A stretch of DNA of 64,000 bases from Macrostomum hystrix (GCA_950097015.1 CATNEN010000039.1:12772001-12836000), one strand, 5' to 3'. Shown: positions 50,921-63,565, numbered from the stretch's first letter. Notes: generated from the sequence alone by a model not told the origin. A program made the numbers and translations.

Positions 50921-51260
50921 GTGCAGATAATTTGTACCAAGCACTTTTTGCACCATGACAATGCTCGGCCACACACTGCTGGAAAGACAATGGTGCAGAT
51001 CAACCGGCTGAATTTTGAGTTGGTGCCTCATCCACCCTACTCGCCAGACTTGGCCCTTGCCGATTTTGCCATCTTTCCACAAATGAAGAAACTTCTTCAT
51101 GGCCGGGTGTTCAAGAACCGCAGTGAAATTGAAGACTTCACTTGTCGCATCATCCTGCATGAAATGCCTCAAACTGATTTTGCCCAGGCAATCGACGGCA
51201 TGCTTTTAAGGTGCCAGAGGTGTGTCTAGCTGAATGGGGACTACGTGGAGAAGACACAGG
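50921..51260 (+). pseudogene. Mariner transposase C-terminal fragment
   Basis: HHDNARPH...HPPYSPDLALAD with exactly 34 residues between the catalytic Asps; the tail CV*LNGDYVEK contains a stop; the N-terminus is missing. Confidence 0.92.
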
Positions 51261-51391
51261 TTGAGCTTAATAATTAGCTTTAAATTTTGAATTGGTGCAT
51301 GCCCCAAGGATTCATCAATGGTATGAACTGTTCTGTGTTTTATTGTTTAAAATCATTTCCATAGATTTTTAAGCTTGTGAAACACTACCCC

Positions 51392-51845
51392 CCATAGTCC
51401 GGATCATGTCGTTTACGCCGGAGATCTCCGGCATAAATCTGGTTTGGGATCGGAGGCTGGCGTAAGTGCTTGGCGTAAGTATAGGCCAAAATGTGCCTTG
51501 GCGTAAGTGCTTGGCGTAAGTACATGGCATAAATCAAGTGGCGTAAATGTTAGCACAAATGAGATCATTCACAATCAAATGTATCACTATAGAACATAAC
51601 ACATTTGCGTTAATTATGATGTTAAGGAGCAGCATTAAAACAAAGTTCATTAAAATATTGCAGTTCGTATAAATGAGATAGCAGAATATCTATTGTAGGA
51701 TAGCAACTTGTAAGATTTTTAAACAGTTGCAACTTCTGAATTTAATTAATCACCGATTAACAAGAATTACGCCAACCTTTTTTGGTAAGTGCCAAAAATG
51801 TTGGATTTTTCCTCCGGCGTAAGTCCAGCATGATCCGGACTATGG
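51392..51845. mobile_element. 454-bp MITE nested in the mariner right TIR
   Basis: TIR CCATAGTCCGGATCATG...TTACGCCGGAG. Perfect 8-bp TSD ACTACCCC (51384-51391 and 51846-51853). Subterminal TGGCGTAAGT repeats. Confidence 0.92.
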
Positions 51846-53184
51846 ACTACCCCTGACCTTCGCGCACATTTCTTGCTGCAGCTCCTGAATAGAAAAATAT
51901 ATGAACATGATTTTAACTTTGTTTCTTTGTGACAAAATTTTCTTTCATTTGACACCATGGGCATGAAATTTCATGGCTCCATTGAAGAGCTACCTCTGAC
52001 ATTCCGGGAACTTTGGGACACCCCTCGTAAATACTTTCCAAATGAATAATCTTTTCATGACTTGCAAATATTTTATGATGTTGTTATTAATCAAAACAGT
52101 GTACATACAAACCAGTGAAATAAAAATTTCATGTCACAATTAATTGAAAACAAATAGCTAAATATTCAACTAGCAAATCGGCTCCTGCTTATATATTAAT
52201 TCATCTATTCATATAAATTTTGTACTAAAAATATGCTACAACATTAATGACAAGTTTGAACCTAACCCTGTATGTATAGCTTGGGTGCATAAAAACATAA
52301 CAGAAAATAATAAACAACATAATTGTTTACTATTATAATTAACACGAAATTCCCCAATTTGCTAATTAAAAACTACTAAATTATACTGTTACTATACTAT
52401 GTTACTAGATTATACTATATTATACACGTAAGATCTTGTCTATAAGACAAGAAAGATCACAAACTATGTATAATAGTAGTCACTCTAAACAAAATCTGTA
52501 AGATCGGCATTTCTGCATTAATTAAACTAAATTCCGAGATGGATGCTCCAACATGGATAATCCTAGACTGCAGATTGGGATACGAAGCTTTCACAAACTT
52601 CCAGTTGATTGTATTTGTAGCGCAAAAATTCTATGAAACCGCTCAAACTTGAAAGTCACATTTAAAAGAATTTAAATGTGTATCATATCACGACCATCGT
52701 TGTTAAATAAAATCATATCATGGTTTACCAAGTCCTGATGGTTTACCTACAGTTTACTTATTGGTAAACTATTTCCGAACGGAGACATATTACAAACTGA
52801 TTAGTTTGAACGTATTGATTTTAGATAGAATTAAAATCTTAATAACAGAATACTAAAGGACTAGACCTAGTGGCTATACGTACGGCAGAATCTCCTATCT
52901 TGTAGTGCATTTCCAAGAAATGATGAAACGAGTTATAACAAATCTAAAATGTAAACTGCGATGCTTGTAGATTTTTCTTATGAATAAAAACTGTTTGATA
53001 ATTTTCTGCACGGTTAGATGATAAAATTATACGTGTTCGCCAACCCGCGGCAAGCTTCCTCATGGTGAATTATTGGATTTTATATTTCCGGACTGCCGTA
53101 CGAATAGCCACTTCCAAAGGACTACACCTGTACGTACTGTGCATTTACATTAAGATTGAATACATACGTGCTGCAAGGGGACAC

Positions 53185-53690
53185 TATGGCGCCATTCCTG
53201 TTTGTCTTGCATGGTCCTGGACGCTGCGCGTCAGTCTTCCTGATGACTCGGATGGTTTTCTGATCTGCCGCAGAAAGAGCAGGCGGCACCCCGAGCAGCG
53301 ACTTTCCATACTGGCGTATGCGGACGACCTGGCGTTGTTGTCAAGCTCTGTTGAAGGAGCCCAAAGGATGCTGGACAAGCTGATCGACAGCCGCGGCAGC
53401 TATGGTCGGGCTGACTGTGAACGCCCGAAAAACGGTGGTGCTGACGGCGCCGACGGAACCGGCTGAGATCCGCTACCGCGACCCGAGCGAGCAGGGTGGC
53501 GCTGTTCTACCTCAGGTTACGCTGCTACCGCTGCTGCACCGAGTTTATCTACTAAGCGGCCTGGTTCTAAGTGTGCAGGACGACATCGCACGGCGCAGAG
53601 CACTGGCCTGCGAACAGCCCTGCAGTGCCCCGCGCTTCCTGACCGGCTGAGGGGGCGGTAATTGTATCAGGCCGTGATATACAGACAGTT
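53185..53690 (+). mobile_element. Non-LTR retrotransposon reverse transcriptase fragment (RTE-like), frameshifted
   Basis: KSRRHPEQRLSILAYADDLALLS followed in another frame by VGLTVNARKT. Confidence 0.85.
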
Positions 53691-53949
53691 ATTTCGCCCA
53701 GAAGCGGACGTGCTTCTTCACATATCAAAATTTTCACTTGACATTATTACTTTTAGCTTTAGAGCCTTATTGAGGAATCGTACAGGAAGTTTTTGCTCGT
53801 AGTAGCTGTACAGTTGGAAAAGAGTCCGCATCAATTTACAACAGAACAGTTTCAAAAAACTCATTGCGTCTACTATATGAGTAGAAATGAAAAGTAGAGT
53901 GAATTTTTTGTAAAATAAAACAAGCTAAATTATATACTTTAACTGTAAA

Positions 53950-56368
53950 TCTATATATATAAAAGTGAAAACTCTGTCTGTCTGTCTGTCTGTCTGTGTG
54001 CAACCTTTTGTCTTTATAGACGCCGAAACCGCTCAACCAAATCGCACCAAACTTTGCACATACCTAAAACCACCTACGCTGAGTGCAATAGGCTACTCAA
54101 ATTCCCGAAAAATCATTTCCTTCCTGCTCAAAAGTGCAAAAAACTGCTCAAAAATCGTCAAAAAATCACTCAATTCGACATATCGTCGCCCCACTTTGTC
54201 AGATTTTCTCCAAATTTGATCCACTTACACTTTACATGTTTTCCAACAATGCTGTCAATTTTGAAAATCTCTACTCAATCCAGAGCAAAGCTGCATCATC
54301 TCAAAGTGAGTCACTTTTTGTTTTCCGAGGACAGCCACCCCAACTCCCCTCCGCCACTCTGCGGGCCAAATTTTATTACAGCCACCCCCTCCCTTCCCCG
54401 GGCGCCGAAGCCCCAGACTGTACATTGTATTTCAAGCCGTGAATGTACACAGCCCAAACCCCTAGACTGTCTACTGGCCCCCAAGCAGCACTGAGACTGA
54501 GTGCGGTGAGTGCGGTGGCGTCCCAGTGCGCAGGGCTCTCTGGTCAATATTTCTCTCCAGCCAGCCTGGGATAGAAGAAAGAGAGAGGCTGGCGTACAGT
54601 GCTTTGCTAAAATACGAGACGGTTATCCGCTGTATCGACGGAGATCACGTGAGGATGGCGGCTTTACCACTCGCATTATTCTATGCAGCCATGGGAATGA
54701 AGAGATCGATCTGGACAACAGATGGGTCGTTCCCTACTGCCCGCTACTGTCCAAGGTGTTCAATCCACACATCAACGTTGAGTACTGCAACTCTGTTAAA
54801 TCAATCAAGTACATTTGCAAGTACGTGAACAAGGGTAGCGACCAAGCAGTGTTCAACATTGAGGGACCTGGAGGCATAGTAAACGAATTTGACGAAGTCA
54901 ATCGCTTCAAGAGCGGAAGGTATCAGCTCTAACGAGGCAATGTGGCGAATCTTCGGATTCTCTATTCATGAACGCCACCCAACTGTCATGCACCTCAGTG
55001 TGCACCTGGAAAACGGTCAGAGAGTATACTTTACGGAGGAGAACATCCAGCAGCGTGCTCAAAGGCCACAGGACACTACTCTTACTGCTTTCTTCAAGTT
55101 GTGCGCTGAAGACCCCTTTGCCAGGACTTTGCTGTACCACCAGGTGCCTGCCTATTACACATGGAACGCCTCTTCGAAAGGATGGAAGCGGCGGGTTCAA
55201 GGCGCTGCAGTTCCAGGCCATCCTGAAATACGACAGACTGATGCATTAGCCAGAGTACACGGTGCACCCAAACCACAGTGAATGCTACTACCTGCTACAC
55301 ACCGTGATTGGTCCGACGTCATTTAGACACATTAGAACGGTGGAAGGCCATACCTGCCAAACTTTTCATGAAGCATGTCAGCGACTGGGACTGCTGGAAG
55401 AGCTGGATGACCAGGAGCAGCTGGGACAGTTCATAGAGGAGAATGAGCCCCAACTCATGCCTGAGCAGCTAGAGGCGTACCGCGAGCTATTGCGCAGAGT
55501 CAACAACAACGTTGGTGGCATGGTTTTTCTTGATGCTCCAGGTGGCACAGGAAAAAAATTTCTAATCAACCTCCTTCTGGCAAAGGTCAGGCAACGAGGC
55601 GACGTTGCCATTGCTGTAGCTTCCTCTGGAATTACAGCCACCTTGCTGCCAGGCGGTCGCACTGCCCACTCAGCACTGAAGTTGCCGCTTGATCTGTCTT
55701 GAGCGGAGAATCCGCTGTGCAACATCAAGAAAAACACAGGCACTGCCAGAGTGCTTCAGGCTTGCAAGCTTATCGTCTGGGATGAGTGTACCATGTCCCA
55801 CAAACTGGCATTTGAAGCACTCAACTTAACTTTGAAAGACCTGCGCAATAGCAATCAACTGATGGGTGGTGTCACTCTGCTGCTGTCTGGAGACTTTAGA
55901 CAGACGCTGCCTGTGATTCCGCGAGGCACTCCTGCTGATGAGATTAATGCTTTCCTAAAATCATCTCACCTGTGGCCATCGGTTGTGAAGTTGCACCTAC
56001 GAACAAACATGAGAGCTACAATTCAAGGAGACGAAACAGCTCATGAGTTCTCTGCCAATCTATTGCGAATCGGCAATGGTCTGCTGGAGATTAGCACAGA
56101 GAATGGGCAGTCATCGATCGCTACAATCGGAACCATTGTGCAGTCAGTGCAGGAGCTCAAGGCAAAAGTTTACCCGAACCTGATGGTTCGATATACTGAC
56201 GTTGACTGGCTGTCAGAGCCAGTACGCCCTTAAACAAACTCTTCACTTTTCATTCATGCAGTAAATAAATAAATGGTGACCTTCACTATAAAGTTAATAC
56301 AGAGACGTGAATTGCTTACTGCTTTGCTTTAAATTTCTGCCCCAAAAACAACGGGCAAAAAAAGCTAG
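53950..56368 (+). mobile_element. Internally deleted Helitron with both termini
   Basis: 5' end A|TCTATATATAT followed by (CTGT)n. 3' hairpin TGCCCC-AAAAACAAC-GGGCA (about 56338-56357), then CTAG|T at 56365-56369. Confidence 0.9.
54600..56233 (+). pseudogene. Helitron Rep/Pif1-helicase remnant
   Basis: GYPLYRRR, DNRWVVPY, HINVEYC, IKYICKYVNKG, VHLENGQRVYF, DAPGGTGKK (altered Walker A), GGRTAHS, IVWDECTM and SGDFRQTLPV are spread over several frames with stops and deletions. Confidence 0.92.
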
Positions 56369-58269
56369 TCGGTATATATAATAAGAGAACATGACGTCAT
56401 TGTCCGTCCCGGCCGCATCGTTAGTTCGGTCTGCGGGCCCTAAAATATTCCGGAATGAAGCGCATTTTACAAACTTAAAGTATTTATTTACTTCTGTGCA
56501 GCAAACATACAAGACCTACTTGAACATTTTCTAATATATTGTATTATTGCCATTGACATGTACCCTGCTGCCTAGAGAACGAAGAGAAACAGAAAAAACA
56601 AACATTCAAGGTTTCTAATATACTATGCAAGCGTTTGAAAACCGCTTACATCGGTGCTCCTTTCAGCGACCTTCACCTGCATTTCGACCCACCCAGCGCT
56701 CAAAATAGACCTGAGCGGACCGGCTGACCTGACGGCCTGGGAAGCAATGACGCAGAGACCGAGAGCCTGTGTGCACACTATCAGCCTGCGAACTCGTGCC
56801 AAGAATGCTCGCGGCTGGTGTGTTGGGTGGGGGACCATGGCAACGTGGGGCAGAGAGACAACTGCTTGTGTGTAAAGCCCTCCGACCCCCCCCTACTGCT
56901 AAACCCTGTGCCTTATTGCTTGAATATAAAATACACTGCTTCGTAGATATGCTCCTGCACTGAAGCTTTGAGATGTGAGTCTCACACTCATAATTGCAGT
57001 TGGCCTCTGTGGTCAGTACGAGATCAAGGTCTTTCGGTAATTAGTGTCGGCAGAAGGTAGCAGGCGGCAAATAAACCTGCTATATACTAGAGGTCCTATT
57101 GGCTTGAGCAGAAAAGAAATGTGCAAACAATTTAGTTAAGTAAGTCTTCCACGAAAATTTGAAACAGAGGATATAGGGAAAACTATTAGGGCATAATTTT
57201 AGTTCCGAAATATCGTTATTTAGGGCGTGGCACAACTCTCATTTTTTAAGCCAGTAAAAACCATCGACTGTGGTTTGTATGCCATTTTTGTACTGTCTAT
57301 GGAGCTGTATCGTATAAAATATGTTTTCATAACGAACTTTGCTGTCTGTGGCACTGGAATACGATCGTTTCCAACACGTCCACATGTACTATCGCCTGGG
57401 TAGGCGCGCGCACCTGTGAATTTGTCGAACTACCGCCTAGCTGACGCCGGCATCCTGGACATTGTCGCGTCGGCATTGCACTCGTTCGCTCCCATGTCCT
57501 GGCACGCGCTAATCTATTACTGCATTAACATCCTGCTGCTTCCGAGTCAGATGACGGAGACGACCCAATTTAGTGGCTAGCCTCTAGCTTGGCCTTTTAC
57601 GGTCTAAATCTAGTGGTCCTGTTGAGCAGCTCTATACGCTACCACAGCTAGTGTATTTTGGGCTTGATCCTATACAAGCAGCAGAGGTTGTGGACATAGA
57701 GTCATAGACGATTCTCAATCTGCTTCATCGTCTCAAATAAAAGTGCACATTGCTTTAGTCCAACACATCCAGAGCCAGTCATGATATTGATCAGCAATTT
57801 GACTCCAAGCAACCTGCAAATAGCCTATTGCGTGTGTTGTGTGAGCTAATTAACCAACTGAGGTGGATGGCGTGTTGTAATGGCGTGATGGGTTGTTGTA
57901 AAGTTTATAAGCGCGCAAACTGCAGCGTGAGAATTAAAACACAAGCTAAACCACAGTTCAAGCAGTTATTGAAGGTCAATTTCATTCACAGCACAAAAGA
58001 GGCATGCAGCTGGGTCCTTCAGCGCACTAGTTTTAGGTAGCAGATATCCGGTAAAAATAACTAGTGTATTTGTTTTATTGTCCTTATTCTAGTAGACGAT
58101 AAAGCGCTGCCGAACACTTCTGAGTCGCCTTAGTAGTACACTTGAGAGGGTCAAACTAGCTTAGCATGAGCAACATGCTGCTGAATCATCGATCGGGTAG
58201 GCTTCCTGAATAGCGCGTCATCGCAGATCAGCGAAGTCTCATCTGGCGTCCTCAGTCTGAAGGGTCTGG

Positions 58270-59149
58270 CGACAGCCTCGACCGACCTTTCCAGGAACTC
58301 GGACTTCAGCGTCGGCGGTCGTCTCGGTGGTCGGCGAGGAATTTCATGCGACCACTGCTCGCATCGCTGACTGGGTGGACGGCAGCTTCTCGCCAGCAAA
58401 TGAGACATTGTGGGAAGCTGGAAAACATAATTCAGCCGAAGAGGATAAGAAATCCATTAAGCGATCGTCGCTAAAAAGCAACAGGTCAAAGAGCAGCACC
58501 GGCAGCGACGATGGTATGCGCACCAAAAAAGCGGTCCGCTTTGCCGACTCGCTTGGTCTCGATCTGATCAAGGTGCGTCACGTGTTCGACAGAATCACCG
58601 CCTGCGACAGAATCCGCTCTCCGACAGCTTCATGGTTGTTGGCGTGGCTCGCTTGAGCCAGCGTCTGTGTGCCAGCCAAAACATCGCCTCTTGATGCGTG
58701 CGTGCTTCGCGCAGCCGGGCGGTTGTGCCGGCTTTATTTCGCGAGTGATGTCGCAGAAGGTGATGCTGGAGCGAGCCTCTGTCAATTCAGGCGCATTCAC
58801 TCTATCGGGACAGGTCGGTGTGAGCAACTTGCATTACGGTCTTTTACGTGATGGTTACGTTACGGTGCGTGACAGCTCGAGTCACGTTCGACGCGTGGTG
58901 CAATTCTGCCAGGACGTGGCAGCTGCCTATGCCATCACGGCAAGAGCCGCCGACATGACAGACCAGTTTGACTTCTGTGTGCCACTGCCTCTGGGCTTTG
59001 GCGCAGTGGCTGGCGACCGAGTGGCGCTGTGCATTCGCTACGAAACGCCCGGGCTGACTTTCTGGGACAGCAACTACGGCCAGAACTACGCGTTCCCTGT
59101 CATTGGGCTGGGACGTCTCCGAAAATGCCGAGTCTGTGTTACAAAGTAA
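58270..59149 (+). pseudogene. PPP1R3-family (PP1 glycogen-targeting subunit, CBM21) intronless frameshifted copy
   Basis: RVxF segment KKAVRFADSLGLDL. CBM21 parts FAQP...LE...GQVGVSNL, CIRY and FWDSNYGQNY lie in another frame, and VTARVTFDAW (58869-58898) lies in a third frame. Confidence 0.8.
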
Positions 59150-61695
59150 ATCTAGCTTACAAAACTATCGAATAGAAAATACGAGTATTTTCTCTTTTGC
59201 CTTTTTGAAACGTTGCGAAGTGACTGCCGACTAATTATGCGTCGAATTATTGTGTAGGATTTTTTAGCTCAACCAACACACTAAGCGATCATTAATGGTT
59301 GCATGCATGATTTAAAATGCGATTAGGTAATTTTTAAAGCGATGCTTTTCGATTTCTCCAAAGTTGACTAAGTTCAGTGGCATATTGCTAAGAGTTGTTT
59401 TATCAATCCAATTGCATCAGAAATATTTTCGATCGAAGTGATTGGTCTAATTAGCAAGACCTCTCGATTCTCTGTTGCAGTCATGATACAAGTTGATATT
59501 AGAATGCTACACATAATACCTCGGCTGTCCCATAATGTTTGAGCATTGTGCTGCTGTGACAAATCAATAAGCAACGAGGAAGTGAAACTAAAATATTGAG
59601 AGACCATGTAGCACATCTTTAAAGTGGGACAATGGTTCAAGCAGTAAAGTACGAGTATATTATTTGTATCCTCGTGAAGCAATAAGAGAATCGGAAAACA
59701 ACAGAATTTCACAATTGATCCTAAAATCTGTGAAATTCGCGATTACAAACATTAAGCTGTCTTCTAATTAAAAACTAGGCTTTCTGTCCTACTCGCAGTA
59801 ATTCACTAGTCAACTGAAGTCGAAGAGTTTATTTTTATTTCAGCAAAGTTTAGTTAAAACAGAAAAATGACTAAAAATGGTTGTCCATTTCCAAAGCTCT
59901 CGCACCCATTCCCTGGATTATTTATGAAGTGGAATAGCAGCTTAAAATTAGCTTCCCTTCAGTTGCCTTTATCGCAGTTCATTGCCTAAAATTTCACTTC
60001 GAGGCAAAGGCCTTCAGGCACTCGTCGGCCATTGGATAGAATTAATTGCTCCGTGGCAATGGGGTTCTTGGAAATTTTAACCAAATGATGCTCATTGGAA
60101 GTGAGAGTTTAAGGCAATGGCCTTTGACACGAGAGGCGGTACATGTACAATATTTTGACAAAGCTTTTAAGTCAGTAAGAAAAATATTCAGTCAAAGTTT
60201 TCATATCCTCAACTCAGCAGTGAGTGTACACGAAGAGGGTTTATTATTACGTCCGTCAGATCAAAGCCAGGCCGAGCGTACAGTGCTGTTGCAAATAACT
60301 TCTATGTACATGATTGGAAAGAAAAATCGGAATATATATTTAACAACTTAGTGGATGCTTAGTGAAAGCTTTATTCTGATATTTGAGTCCAGTTAAACTG
60401 AAAATAGCTATCGAATAACACACGACAGGATTTTAACTATGCCATCAGTGGCTGCCATTGAGTTTGCTTCGTATAGCAGTGACATCAGCGCCAATAAGAG
60501 CAGTCCCAGTCGATGCGTCAGTTTTGTAGGATGCAGCAGCAGCGGCGTCAGTAGCGTCAGCCAGTTGGACTCGGCATTCAAGGACGAAATGCTTTGCCGC
60601 CTTCGCCACTCAATCAGTAAAGGTGGCGAAAACTGGATGCAGTCGAGTTCCGCATTGTTCAGCCCCGATTCTTCCATGGCGTCGGCCAATGCTTCGTCAC
60701 CGCTGCCAGGCTTCTATGCCAGAGGGCAGACGTTGGTTAAGCCATCGTTACAGTTGGGCACAGGATCAGGAGGCAGCTGCCTCTGTGGCCTGCGCTGCGA
60801 CCCTGGCGGAGTTAAACAAAATAGAGGTACGAGGGATGTAATTAACATTATACTCACTACAATACACCCAACATTCAAAGCCGACATGATGACATGCAAT
60901 TTTGTAAGCAGATAAATTTTGCCTATACTGCTGGTGGTTTTCACCAAACACCCGACGTGATTTTAGAAGTTGTTTGATCGGATCGAGTGGAAAATTTTTA
61001 GCCCATTTTCATGGTGGTTGGTTGAGTATTTTTGGAGATACCGAAAAAGATAAATTTTGCCAATTCAGCAAAAAATTTAAGCGATATTTAAATTCTTAAA
61101 TTCTGAGATTCTTATTTTATAATCCAAAAGAAGACCCATTAATGGATTGGATTTGATTGCAGCTCGTTGGACAAACTCAGCGACTAACGCAACTTGCAGC
61201 CAATCAGAAGAGGAATACGAGGGTCGCTATCTTCGCTGCGGTGGAACAGTAGCTAGAACCGACTCCGAGTCCATTATTTTCGTCGATGTAGGAACCTTCT
61301 GAGTGTGGAAGCGCGAATATTACATTTTTTAATATCTGAAGTCAATAGTACAACAGTATTGCCTTGTTAATTAAAATTACTAATTTTATTTGTTAAAGTA
61401 AAAAATTATTTGTTTTATTTACAGTGTTTCAGATCATACATTCATAACAATATCCACTATTCTCAGAATGAGTACTGTTACATCACGCGAATTTTATTTT
61501 AACTATGAAACTGAAAAATGCTTGTTAAAATTAACGCATTTAGAGGCGTTTTATTGTTCCTAATATCGTTGTAAATAATATTTTTACTTTTTGCGTCGTT
61601 TGTAATTACAGAGATGAATCTAGACCTAGTTTTTAGCCCTTTCAGGAAAATTATTTAATAAAAACGTGTTGTCACGGTTGGCCGCAAATTCGCGC

Positions 61696-62960
61696 ATTTC
61701 ATTAAGGATAAGCGTATAAGCTGTCTTTGTTTGGGGATGATTGGCAGAGCATTTCATTAAGGATAAGCGTATTAGCTGTCTTTGTTTGGGGATGATTGGC
61801 AGAGCATTTCATTAAGGATAAGTGTATTAGCTGTCTTTGTTTGGGGATGATTGGCAGAGCATTTCATTAAGGATAAGCGTATTAGCTGTCTTTGTTTGGG
61901 GATGATTGGCAGAGCATTTCATTAAGGATAAGCGTATTAGCTGTCTTTGTTTGGGGATGATTGGCAGAGCATTTCATTAAGGATAAGCGTATTAGCTGTC
62001 TTTGTTTGGGGATGATTGGCAGAGCATTTCATTAAGGATAAGCGTATAAGCTGTCTTTGTTTGGGGATGATTGGCAGAGCATTTCATTAAGGATAAGCGT
62101 ATAAGCTGTCTTTGTTTGGGGATGATTGGCAGAGCATTTCATTAAGGATAAGTGTATTAGCTGTCTTTGTTTGGGGATGATTGGCAGAGCATTTCATTAA
62201 GGATAAGCGTATTAGCTGTCTTTGTTTGGGGATGATTGGCAGAGCATTTCATTAAGGATAAGCGTATTAGCTGTCTTTGTTTGGGGATGATTGGCAGAGC
62301 ATTTCATTAAGGATAAGCGTATTAGCTGTCTTTGTTTGGGGATGATTGGCAGAGCATTTCTTTAAGGATAAGCGTATTAGCTGTCTTTGTTTGGGGATGA
62401 TTGGCAGAGCATTTCATTAAGGATAAGCGTATAAGCTGTCTTTGTTTGGGGATGATTGGCAGAGCATTTCTTTAAGGATAAGCGTATTAGCTGTCTTTGT
62501 TTGGGGATGATTGGCAGAGCATTTCATTAAGGATAAGCGTATTAGCTGTCTTTGTTTGGGGATGATTGGCAGAGCATTTCATTAAGGATAAGCGTATTAG
62601 CTGTCTTTGTTTGGGGATGATTGGCAGAGCATTTCTTTAAGGATAAGCGTATTAGCTGTCTTTGTTTGGGGATGATTGGCAGAGCATTTCATTAAGGATA
62701 AGCGTATAAGCTGTCTTTGTTTGGGGATGATTGGCAAAGCATTTCATTAAGGATAAGCGTATTAGCTGTCTTTGTTTGGGGATGATTGGCAGAGCATTTC
62801 TTTAAGGATAAGCGTATTAGCTGTCTTTGTTTGGGGATGATTGGCAGAGCATTTCTTTAAGGATAAGCGTATTAGCTGTCTTTGTTTGGGGATGATTGGC
62901 AAAGCATTTCATTAAGGATAAGCGTATTAGCTGTCTTTGTTTGGGAATGATTGGCGGAGC
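61696..62960. repeat. 55-bp tandem array, 23 copies
   Basis: Unit ATTTCATTAAGGATAAGCGTATTAGCTGTCTTTGTTTGGGGATGATTGGCAGAGC; 1265 bp = 23 x 55. Confidence 0.98.
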
Positions 62961-63285
62961 GGTTAACTCGTTTGCCTCTGGCACCAATGTCCCTGAGCTC
63001 GATTCCGCAGCGAGGTCTCCTTGTTTTAGACGCAGCCGCGGAGAAAAGCAGCATTTTGTGCAATTTAGGACTTTCAGGTCGAAACTCCAAGGCTATACCT
63101 CCAAGCCAGGAAAGTCAGGGTAGATGTACACACCTGTGTCAGTGTGTACCTGCGTACGGTATCTGTGTGTGAGCTGTGTGTGCAGGTGTGCACAGGAGTC
63201 AACGCAATGGACAGAATGGGCAGCCTCTCGCTGGCTGCTTTAACTAACTGTCATCCAATGGTGTGCCAGTGCCAACAGCCATCAA
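62943..63285 (+). mobile_element. tRNA-derived SINE family B, near full-length copy
   Basis: A box TGGCGGAGCGG and B-box-like GAGCTCGATTCC; the body is shared with 63331-63565(-) and 14216-14308(-). Confidence 0.75.
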
Positions 63286-63330
63286 GCGATCAATATTATT
63301 TTTTGTCCTTGATAAGATGATTTTATAATC

Positions 63331-63565
63331 CACACGCTCACACAGGTACGTACATCCGCCCTGACTTTCTCATCGCCAGGCAGTGTACACTTATACTGTG
63401 CCTTGAAGGCTGGCCCTCAAGGACTAGGTGAGTGCACGATTGCACGACAAGCTCCCAAGCCCTCCCTCCGCGGCTGCGCCCTGAATGTTGCCTTGCCGCA
63501 GAATCGAGCTCGGGGACCTTGGTACGGGAGGCAAACGCGTTAACCGCTCTGCCACTGACCTCCCC
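63331..63565 (-). mobile_element. tRNA-derived SINE family B, 3'-truncated inverted copy
   Basis: The reverse complement GTGGCAGAGCGGTTAACGCGTTTGCCTC...GAGCTCGATTC...CGCAGCCGCGGAG...GAAAGTCAGGGCGGATGTAC matches the plus-strand copy. Confidence 0.75.

Larger units (their letters stand above)
50597..52027 (+). mobile_element. Internally deleted mariner (DD34D) element with ~200-bp TIRs
   Basis: Termini TA|CGAGGGG ... CCCCTCG|TA. The left TIR is about 50597-50800; the right TIR is about 51348-52027 and is interrupted by an insertion. Confidence 0.92.

Noticed and set aside
56620-57060. Possible LTR or other element after the Helitron
   Set aside because: No paired termini, TSD or coding motif could be supported.
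61696-62960. CRISPR-like array
   Set aside because: Units are contiguous and near-identical with no unique spacers; the context is eukaryotic and no cas genes are present.
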